DNA of 64,000 nucleotides, from the sequence record PZ452578.1. The stretch is one strand, 5' to 3'. Below, piece by piece: positions 57,302 to 64,000 of this stretch. This DNA is from a phage. Positions within the stretch are counted from its first letter, which is position 1, and each line of letters starts with the position of its first letter. The translations under genes were made by a program, and so were the position numbers. The notes below the pieces were generated by a model, which was not told where the DNA came from, searched no databases, and was given only the letters and a program-made list of their open reading frames with translations.

Positions 57302-57686
57302 TTACGCGGAATAAGATTGAACAGACTATATAAGTACCACATATAGATTGAACTAATGCCATTCCAAAGAACCAAACAATATTATCAAACAGTGTCTGTT
57401 TTACGTCGAAAGGACGTAAACTTACAATAATATTATCACCTTTTTCTATTGAAGAATACATCTCTGGGGAAATATATTCACTAAATCTATAACCGTCTTT
57501 GAGTTCATATACGGCAATAAACGATAAACTAGACCCCTTTCCTTGTGTTCCTGTAATAGTATTAACTACAGTAACATCATAATCTTTATAATGCATATAA
57601 TCATTAATTGCGTAATAACCATATGCAACTACTACACATAAACAGCATATCAATAAATTCAATCTTTTAATTATCAACTGTTTCAT
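57285..57686 (-). CDS. membrane protein (133 aa)
   Basis: ORF track; N- and C-terminal hydrophobic segments. Confidence 0.6.
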   Translation of the reverse strand: MKQLIIKRLNLLICCLCVVVAYGYYAINDYMHYKDYDVTVVNTITGTQGKGSSLSFIAVYELKDGYRFSEYISPEMYSSIEKGDNIIVSLRPFDVKQTLFDNIVWFFGMALVQSICGTYIVCSILFRVIGKIE

Positions 57687-57715
57687 AATAATCTCAATTA
57701 AAAGGGCTTAGAACC

Positions 57716-57738
57716 ATTATACCATCCTTGGTATAAAG
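57716..57738 (-). promoter_or_regulatory. Candidate MotA-dependent middle promoter (cGCTTTA, 12 bp, TATAAT)
   Basis: Reverse complement reads CGCTTTAtaccaaggatggTATAAT. Confidence 0.4.
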
Positions 57739-57741
57739 CGG

Positions 57742-58269
57742 TTATGCGAGTACCGTCTTTAACCGTTCTTCAAACTTCCGAAGAGTATTCTGGCGTTCAG
57801 CTCTTTGCTTTTTGTAAGTTTCAATACGCTCTGAAATGAGAGTGTATCGTTCATTTACTGATTCTTTCATAAAATCAGGAATTTCACGAGAAGCTTTAAT
57901 CTCGTCAAATTTATCAATAACAGCTTGCTCTTCAGCAATTAAGTTATCATACATCAAAATATCTTTCTTGATGAACTCAATATCTTCTTGAGTTACACGA
58001 GATAACTTAGATGCTTTATCCTTTTTGTACTGTTCGTTAGTATCACGAGACCAGTGTAATGCACGATTTTTATTCGTATTTTTGTAAATTTCTACAATAC
58101 CAATCTCATCAATAATAACGATCCAATTCCAACGGGATTTGTAAATCTGCCCTCCATCAACCGTAATTTCACCTCCGATTGAGATGTCATTAAAGAACTT
58201 GCTTTGTGCTTCTGATTTAAATTTACCATCGTTGTAATTTACCAGGTTGAAAATATCTTTAGCGTTCAT
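57742..58269 (-). CDS. hypothetical protein (175 aa)
   Basis: ATG at 58269 with GGAGG RBS; track extension is promoter read-through. Confidence 0.65.
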   Translation of the reverse strand: MNAKDIFNLVNYNDGKFKSEAQSKFFNDISIGGEITVDGGQIYKSRWNWIVIIDEIGIVEIYKNTNKNRALHWSRDTNEQYKKDKASKLSRVTQEDIEFIKKDILMYDNLIAEEQAVIDKFDEIKASREIPDFMKESVNERYTLISERIETYKKQRAERQNTLRKFEERLKTVLA

Positions 58270-58297
58270 TTTGTGTTCCTCCGTAGTTGATAGTTGT

Positions 58298-58335
58298 ATA
58301 GTACCACAGAGGAACGGTCTTGTAAACAACTAAAA
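58298..58335 (-). promoter_or_regulatory. T4-type early promoter with conserved leader (twin of 4590..4635)
   Basis: Plus atagta 58298-58303, gtaaac 58322-58327. Confidence 0.7.
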
Positions 58336-58644
58336 GAAACTTCTTTCACAATTTTTTCCACTGAACCAAGCGCTCACTGCTTTCTTAGTCTCAGGAGCAG
58401 TGTTATCCATAAACCATTCAAAGGCAGCCTTTTTATGATTCTGGAGGGCTTCTCGGGCTTTAATCTGCTCACGGTCTATTAACACTAACATATGAGCCTT
58501 TCTTGTCACCATGGGCTTCTTATGATTTTTTGAATACTCCCAATCATTTGTCCATCGCATCGTTGTTGCGAATTGAAGTACAGCTTCTTTAATTTTAGTT
58601 TCGTAAATTTCACGAGCCTTTGAGTATAACATCATTACCTCCAT
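58330..58644 (-). CDS. hypothetical protein (104 aa)
   Basis: ORF track. Confidence 0.6.
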   Translation of the reverse strand: MEVMMLYSKAREIYETKIKEAVLQFATTMRWTNDWEYSKNHKKPMVTRKAHMLVLIDREQIKAREALQNHKKAAFEWFMDNTAPETKKAVSAWFSGKNCERSFF

Positions 58645-58714
58645 TTACCAGTTTAATTCTAGTCATCTTTTTAATGGCAGTCCATATAATCTATTTCTGA
58701 ACTGCCTTTTTGTC

Positions 58715-59434
58715 TTACGATTCTTCTAAATGTCTTTTCTGAAAAGTTGATACCATACTACGATAAGGTTCATTTGGATACCCGTGTTTTATAGCTTCCT
58801 TTGTAAATTTTCTCCATCCGTATTTAGTTTCTTTCCAAAGCTCGAATAATTCATCTTCATACTGCCATATAGTTAAATGAGAACGCTTTGCAGCTTTAAT
58901 TCCATTAATGTGCTTTTCTTTTACTGTAGGATTGCTTAGTGTCTTTTTAATAATATTACTAACTTTTCTAACAAAAGCTGGGTCCTTATATCGTTGTGAA
59001 GTTTTTATTGAAGTGTTTAATTTAGCTTCCGGCGTGGATGTGACCTCTTTCATCTTTTTCTTCATATGCTCTATATGATTAGGATTTTTCCATAAATTTA
59101 TAGAATGCTTTTTACATTTTATCCTAGTTTCATCTGCAACCTTTCCTCCTTCACCCCCATATGACAGGTTAACGCAGTTTTTTCCATATTTCAATTTACC
59201 TGCCATGATATATAATATTTCGGCTTGTACCATTTTATCATAATTATCAAAAACTTCTAAAACCGTTTTTGATAATATATGGTCATTTGACACTTTTACA
59301 CGTTCTATATAATTTCCACTACCAACATACGAATCATTGATGTTATTAGTTATATGTCGACCATAATAGTATTTCTTAATACCTGTCTTTAAATTTAATA
59401 TTTCAGTTTTATAGATAGTAAAATATTTTTTCAT
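58715..59434 (-). CDS. putative GIY-YIG-family homing endonuclease (239 aa)
   Basis: ORF track; N-terminal TIYK...KYYYG pattern and Lys-rich C-terminal repeats; weaker match than the 42349 gene. Confidence 0.5.
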   Translation of the reverse strand: MKKYFTIYKTEILNLKTGIKKYYYGRHITNNINDSYVGSGNYIERVKVSNDHILSKTVLEVFDNYDKMVQAEILYIMAGKLKYGKNCVNLSYGGEGGKVADETRIKCKKHSINLWKNPNHIEHMKKKMKEVTSTPEAKLNTSIKTSQRYKDPAFVRKVSNIIKKTLSNPTVKEKHINGIKAAKRSHLTIWQYEDELFELWKETKYGWRKFTKEAIKHGYPNEPYRSMVSTFQKRHLEES

Positions 59435-60399
59435 TTTAATAATACCGTTTCAGCGATTTCTTCCCAACCGTTTTTGTCGGTCATAATAAAGTCAGCAAGA
59501 TAAAGAGCAGTACGCAGTGAAACATTACGTAAACGATTAACATTGACTTTCATCCATGATAATGCTTTATAAGTTTCTTCATCAGAAAGACCGCGTTTTT
59601 GCATCATGTCAGTTGAAAGAATAACATCTTCAACCCTGACCATAATTTCTTCATTAGTGTGAACACCCAAATCTAAATAAACTGAGCGGGACACTAATGC
59701 TTGTAAATGTGGAGCAAGTTTAGTACCACGGTCTAATTCACGGTCAATGTCAACGTTTGTGATAAAAACAATTGTTCCTTTAAATTCAAACTCACGGTCA
59801 ATGCCTTTTTCTTCTAAGTAAGAAGATGCAGTGCTCCAGCAGACTTTACGGGTCTCTCCAGTGTCCAGAGCAGCTTTCAGAAGATTAAGAATGTCCATAT
59901 CAGAGAAAACATCCACATCATCAATCAAAAGGACAGAATTCTCTTCACGATTATTCCAAAGCTGTTCATAAAGACCGATACCAGAGATTTTACCATTAAT
60001 GCTTTTATACTCAATGTATCCAATATCATTTGCTTTATTTAAAGCTTTATCTAAAGAATACGTTTTACCAATGCCTGCCGCACCAGAGATAATTAATGAA
60101 CGAATGTTTCCGTTAATAATACCATTCGTCATCATTCCCATAACATTAAATCTTTTATTAATGCGGGTTTTCATATCTTCATATGATTCTTTAACTTCTT
60201 CAACTTTTACACCATCATATGAAATGTCTGATTTGTAAACCCAAACACCGCGACGCTTACCGTCAATTTCAACAAAAACTTTACCATCTCCTTGTGCATC
60301 TACCGGAGCATTATCAGGGAACCACTCACCTAAGAGTTCAAAAGTTCCAGAGATTTCTTTACCGAAGTAGATACCCTTATTGATAGTTACAGTTTTCAT
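59431..60399 (-). CDS. P-loop NTPase (AAA+-like), 323 aa
   Basis: ATG at 60399 with GGAG RBS; Walker A GAAGIGKT, Walker B VLLIDDVD. Confidence 0.7.
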   Translation of the reverse strand: MKTVTINKGIYFGKEISGTFELLGEWFPDNAPVDAQGDGKVFVEIDGKRRGVWVYKSDISYDGVKVEEVKESYEDMKTRINKRFNVMGMMTNGIINGNIRSLIISGAAGIGKTYSLDKALNKANDIGYIEYKSINGKISGIGLYEQLWNNREENSVLLIDDVDVFSDMDILNLLKAALDTGETRKVCWSTASSYLEEKGIDREFEFKGTIVFITNVDIDRELDRGTKLAPHLQALVSRSVYLDLGVHTNEEIMVRVEDVILSTDMMQKRGLSDEETYKALSWMKVNVNRLRNVSLRTALYLADFIMTDKNGWEEIAETVLLK

Positions 60400-60436
60400 T
60401 TTATTCTCCAAATCTGTATCAGTAGTTGATAGTTGT

Positions 60437-60480
60437 ATAGTACCATAAAGCTTTATGCTTGTAAACAGTTTTGTGAAAAA
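60437..60480 (-). promoter_or_regulatory. T4-type early promoter with conserved leader
   Basis: Plus atagta 60437-60442, gtaaac 60461-60466. Confidence 0.7.
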
Positions 60481-60484
60481 ATTT

Positions 60485-60514
60485 TGAAATAAAAAGGGAG
60501 CCCGAAGGCTCCCT
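60485..60514 (-). terminator. Intrinsic terminator (GGGAGCC-UUCG-GGCUCCC + U-run)
   Basis: Inverted repeat 60496-60513 with A-run 60491-60495 on plus. Confidence 0.7.
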
Positions 60515-60515
60515 A

Positions 60516-61529
60516 TCATTTATAATAACTTCGGTGGTTTTCAAGATAGACCTTCTCAAGGAAGTCATCCCAGAAACTCATGTCTACTTTTTGCTGCATA
60601 CCGTTCTTAGAAGCTTCAGTAGATGCTGCTTCTACTTGATCGACCACATCTTCCAAAAACTCTTGAACCGTTTTAAATGGATGTTTACCCAACTTCACGT
60701 CGAGAATAAATGGAGCATCTTGGAGTGGATAAACCAAGTCACCAGTTTTGTAAATTTCCAACAGTTGGAGTCCACCACGGCAAGCATGACTCAGAGCTTT
60801 CCAGTCAATACCTTCATTGGCTTCGGCCTTACGAGCACGTTCACCATATTCAGCATCTAATTTGTTCAGTGACTGCTTAAGCTCAATAAGAGAAAGCGTT
60901 GTCTGATATTTACGACCCAACACTGTATAAAACGTTTGTGGGCCGGTTTTCTCATGATTATGGAACACCCATTCACAGAATTCATTCTTTGGAAGACGAT
61001 GCTTAATATCTTCAACTTTAGTACGACGCTGCTTAATAGAACCATCTTCTTGGTAATCAACCCATTGCTCAGGGATTTGATTAACTACTTTCAATACATC
61101 ACGTAATGCAGCCAAACGAGAACCTTTGACACCGTATTTAGAAGCTTGCTTGCGGACATATCCTAAATATGATTTCATATTAGTCGTATAAAAACGAGAA
61201 CGGTTGTCTTGAATAAACTTCCACACATCAGGTAAATCAGATTTAACCACTAGTTCAGGTGGAGTATGAAGCATATCTAATGCTACAGTTTCACCATCTG
61301 CTGCTAATTTAAAGAAATATTTAAGACTGTATAGTTCATGGTCAATATCATCTTTAGTGTTTTTAGATGATGTGTTGTTAGTGTTTTTACTCATGTGCTC
61401 TTTAACATTTCCAATAAGAATATCACGAGCAGGAGGAACAAAGATTTCTTTAAAATCTACATCAGATTCTGGAGTAGAAGTTCCATAAAGATGACTACCA
61501 AAATAGCTTTTCATTACTGTTTTCATCAT
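60516..61529 (-). CDS. Pol-beta-superfamily nucleotidyltransferase (337 aa)
   Basis: ORF track; N-terminal motif YFGSHLYGTSTPESDVDF (GS-x9-DxD). Confidence 0.7.
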   Translation of the reverse strand: MMKTVMKSYFGSHLYGTSTPESDVDFKEIFVPPARDILIGNVKEHMSKNTNNTSSKNTKDDIDHELYSLKYFFKLAADGETVALDMLHTPPELVVKSDLPDVWKFIQDNRSRFYTTNMKSYLGYVRKQASKYGVKGSRLAALRDVLKVVNQIPEQWVDYQEDGSIKQRRTKVEDIKHRLPKNEFCEWVFHNHEKTGPQTFYTVLGRKYQTTLSLIELKQSLNKLDAEYGERARKAEANEGIDWKALSHACRGGLQLLEIYKTGDLVYPLQDAPFILDVKLGKHPFKTVQEFLEDVVDQVEAASTEASKNGMQQKVDMSFWDDFLEKVYLENHRSYYK

Positions 61530-61987
61530 TCAGCCTTATATTCAATAACAGGACATACTTTAGCTTTACGAGCTTTTAAAAATTCAACGATAACCGATTT
61601 CTTGGGTTGAATAGGAGGTAAACCTTTATACGCCCTATCAATATTTTCTACGTGTAAAGCATAATCCTTTTTCCATTTATAATCTTTATATTTTTCACGC
61701 AAATGTGCAGGAATAACAAATGAACCGATAATAAGTAAAACAACCAAAAGCGCAAGTATAAATGCTGATGGAAGCAAAGTCCATAAACTACCAAAAATAA
61801 TCCAACGCTGTAGGCTTTCTGCACAAATAATTGTTAGCCCTACGAGTATAGCACATCCAAAAATAGAAACGAAAAATGTAGGAATGGCAATAGACCAAAA
61901 ATATGCGCATAGTGTCTTAGGTCGTTGCCATTCATCGTTAAACAATTTGAATAATTTATAGTGCCAAGAGTTTTCATTAATAATCAT
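61526..61987 (-). CDS. membrane protein (153 aa)
   Basis: ORF track; two or three hydrophobic helices. Confidence 0.6.
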   Translation of the reverse strand: MIINENSWHYKLFKLFNDEWQRPKTLCAYFWSIAIPTFFVSIFGCAILVGLTIICAESLQRWIIFGSLWTLLPSAFILALLVVLLIIGSFVIPAHLREKYKDYKWKKDYALHVENIDRAYKGLPPIQPKKSVIVEFLKARKAKVCPVIEYKAE

Positions 61988-61989
61988 AA

Positions 61990-62511
61990 TTATCCTTTCA
62001 TTGAAAGCGTAACGGTTGTTAAATACTTAATCATAGCTTCAGCTTCTGATTTTGACAATGAAATTTCTCCATTGTTTTGACGAATAGAAATAAAATCCGG
62101 ATGACGGTCACCGCCAGCTTTTAAAACACACATATAAGTATCAACTTCGCCTTCAATATTTGAAATGATTGAAGCAGTTCCACATGAATGCGGTTTTTGA
62201 TAAATCAATACAGCTTTTCTTCCGCCATTTGACTGCTCATAGGCTTTTAATACATCAAACAAATCACTTCTTTTATCAATAGCTAAAATGTTATTTTCAT
62301 CTTCAATGTTAAATCCTTCGGATACTTCATAAAGTGTCACCCATAAATCGCCAATATCAATAACAGCGTTCACTTTTCCATGACTTTCAAGAGCATGACA
62401 AATTTTCTTGATTTCGTCATAACTCATTTTAATAATATCATCTCCTTGAATAAGAAAGATGTCATTTTTAAATTCAACACGAATTAAACCACTTCCACTT
62501 GAAATAAACAT
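61990..62511 (-). CDS. hypothetical protein (173 aa)
   Basis: ORF track; C-terminus similar to next ORF. Confidence 0.6.
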   Translation of the reverse strand: MFISSGSGLIRVEFKNDIFLIQGDDIIKMSYDEIKKICHALESHGKVNAVIDIGDLWVTLYEVSEGFNIEDENNILAIDKRSDLFDVLKAYEQSNGGRKAVLIYQKPHSCGTASIISNIEGEVDTYMCVLKAGGDRHPDFISIRQNNGEISLSKSEAEAMIKYLTTVTLSMKG

Positions 62512-62517
62512 ATTTCC

Positions 62518-63075
62518 TCACTTTGAAATCATAGTTGGAATGACAGAATCAAGATAAGTCTTTAGTGCAATAGCTTCGTCTTTGGTAAATGTGACAATAT
62601 GTGATCGAAAATCGTCGATTTGGCGAATAGTTAAGACATCTCCCTCTTCATAACATTTTGATACATTTAAAAGAGTTTCATCATTCTGATTGCAAGCGTT
62701 AGTAATAATAGCATTGCAATTTTTGAGCCATTTTAAACTATGTTTTCTTTCATTAGAATAATAAAAATATTTAATCTTAGCTATAAAACTATCCCAATGG
62801 ATAACTGATAAACACATTGACTCACTTTTAATATTAAATCCTGGGCATGAAGAATAAAAATGAATTTTGTGCTCATCATTGATGCTTACTATTTTATCAG
62901 TATAAGGATATTCAATTTGGGTTAAATGAATGATTTCACTAGGCGTAAAATATAGCATATCGTCTTCTTGCGTCAAACGATACATGTTATTTACTTTTTC
63001 TATAGCCAATTCACCAAAAAGCGGACTAACTTCTAATACTAATCGTTTCATATTGATTCTCTTCGACTCACTCAC
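62518..63075 (-). CDS. hypothetical protein (185 aa), paralog of the 61990 ORF
   Basis: ORF track; shared C-terminal motif [ST]K.EA.A.[IL]K.YL..V. Confidence 0.6.
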   Translation of the reverse strand: MSESKRINMKRLVLEVSPLFGELAIEKVNNMYRLTQEDDMLYFTPSEIIHLTQIEYPYTDKIVSINDEHKIHFYSSCPGFNIKSESMCLSVIHWDSFIAKIKYFYYSNERKHSLKWLKNCNAIITNACNQNDETLLNVSKCYEEGDVLTIRQIDDFRSHIVTFTKDEAIALKTYLDSVIPTMISK

Positions 63076-63210
63076 AATTACATACTCCTTTGAATAATAT
63101 CAATAATGTTGTTCACCAGATTATAAGTAAACATTGGGTAATTATATTGAATCATTACATACACAACAAACAAAACTTTCATTCTCTTCTCCTTGACAGT
63201 TGACAAGATT

Positions 63211-63245
63211 ACTATACCATAACCTTGCCAACTTGTAAACCGTTA
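63211..63245 (-). promoter_or_regulatory. T4-type early promoter (GTTTAC / TGgTATAGT)
   Basis: Plus actata 63211-63216, gtaaac 63235-63240. Confidence 0.6.
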
Positions 63246-63416
63246 AATGTTGTTTTCAATAAAATTTTGAAGCTTTGTGTGAGCATCAACCATGATTTTC
63301 ATTTCTTCTTTGGCGAAAGCTGTACCTCTTTCCCGAGCAGAATACTCATAGTCAGAAACTGCATTAGCATATTCTTCAATTAGCTTCATTAAAAACATCT
63401 GCTTTTCAGTTTTCAT
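63243..63416 (-). CDS. hypothetical protein (57 aa)
   Basis: Own translation MKTEKQMFLMKLIEEYANAVSDYEYSARERG...; AGGTGG RBS. Confidence 0.4.
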   Translation of the reverse strand: MKTEKQMFLMKLIEEYANAVSDYEYSARERGTAFAKEEMKIMVDAHTKLQNFIENNI

Positions 63417-63600
63417 TATTCCACCTAATCATTTCAAGATATTGAACTAACTTAGCTTTAGATTTATCCAAATCCCTTTTAGCTGATTCTATACCATCGT
63501 ATGAATATCCTTCACAATGCTCAACTGCTAATTGGTATGAATCTATTTCAATATCATGCGCTAATTTAATGATTTTTTCAAACTGTTCGCGTGTTAGCAT
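63406..63600 (-). CDS. hypothetical protein (64 aa)
   Basis: ORF track. Confidence 0.5.
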   Translation of the reverse strand: MLTREQFEKIIKLAHDIEIDSYQLAVEHCEGYSYDGIESAKRDLDKSKAKLVQYLEMIRWNNEN

Positions 63601-63602
63601 AA

Positions 63603-63842
63603 TTAAACTCTCGTATTATGATCGATAATTTCATCAAGAAACATATCTAACGCTTCTAAAGCATTATCAACTTTAGCTTCAAGTTCATCAATGCCTTTAT
63701 TTGCAATGCCTGACGAAAACCAAGCAAAGTCACTAAGTTCCTCGTCTGCTTTACGAATTAAAGCTACCAATTCCTTAATTTTATCCGCTTGTTCGATACT
63801 AATCATTATTCCACCACATATGAAAGAGAGAATATTGCACAC
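63603..63842 (-). CDS. hypothetical protein (79 aa)
   Basis: ORF track. Confidence 0.55.
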   Translation of the reverse strand: MCNILSFICGGIMISIEQADKIKELVALIRKADEELSDFAWFSSGIANKGIDELEAKVDNALEALDMFLDEIIDHNTRV

Positions 63843-63994
63843 GCCATGTGAGTTGCAACTTCATCACACATATTATAACGTTTCTTAAGAAGTTCTACAA
63901 GTTCTTCACTAGTAACTTCATCCATGTTGACGAAAAAATCACCATTAATGATGACGTAGATATTTCCTTCTTGATTAAGTGCTTCAATTTTCAT
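63806..63994 (-). CDS. hypothetical protein (62 aa)
   Basis: ORF track; close to window end. Confidence 0.45.
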   Translation of the reverse strand: MKIEALNQEGNIYVIINGDFFVNMDEVTSEELVELLKKRYNMCDEVATHMACAIFSLSYVVE

Positions 63995-64000
63995 GATGTT

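Noticed and set aside
1262-60480. Possible CRISPR array suggested by recurring ~70-bp repeats
   Set aside because: Repeats are dispersed over tens of kb, sit in promoter positions upstream of genes, and are not interleaved with short unique spacers.
63243-63405. Long leader upstream of the 62518..63075 gene as a possible ncRNA
   Set aside because: Better explained by a 57-aa ORF with an AGGTGG RBS plus an ordinary early-promoter leader.
1-64000. tRNA or rRNA genes
   Set aside because: No cloverleaf-like or rRNA-like conserved stretches noticed; the T4 tRNA cluster lies outside this map interval. I cannot run tRNAscan, so a short tRNA cannot be fully excluded.

Overview
This window is a T4-like (Tevenvirinae) myovirus early/middle gene region, AT-rich, with almost every gene on the minus strand. 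Window orientation follows the T4 map: motA, topoisomerase gp52, ndd, denB, rIIB, rIIA, topoisomerase gp39 (uninterrupted 605 aa, so not T4 itself), dexA, dda, srd, modA, modB, soc, gp56, primase gp61, sp, dmd, helicase gp41, gp40, uvsX, a glycosyltransferase at the beta-gt locus, gp42, imm, DNA polymerase gp43, regA, gp62, gp44, gp45, rpbA, an HNH endonuclease (plus strand), gp46, gp47, a GIY-YIG endonuclease, alpha-gt, gp55, nrdH, nrdG, nrdD, endonuclease VII, nrdC, then an nrdC-distal block of unassigned ORFs. All gene assignments rest on ORF length, gene order and recalled T4 protein sequences and motifs; no database search was possible. Sequence-level regulatory features are abundant: T4-type early promoters (GTTTAC -35, extended TGn -10) on the minus strand, several MotA-box-like middle promoter candidates, one late promoter (TATAAATA) before soc, CUUCGG-tetraloop hairpins/terminators, and the gp43 translational operator hairpin (loop AAUAACUC). 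The best candidates for something undescribed are: an overlapping P-loop ATPase plus Pol-beta-type nucleotidyltransferase gene pair bracketed by terminator-promoter cassettes; a tandem array of four divergent paralogs with coiled-coil C-termini; a family of near-identical promoter-leader cassettes dispersed across the window; and an apparently frameshifted non-T4 glycosyltransferase. No tRNA, rRNA or CRISPR array was seen.
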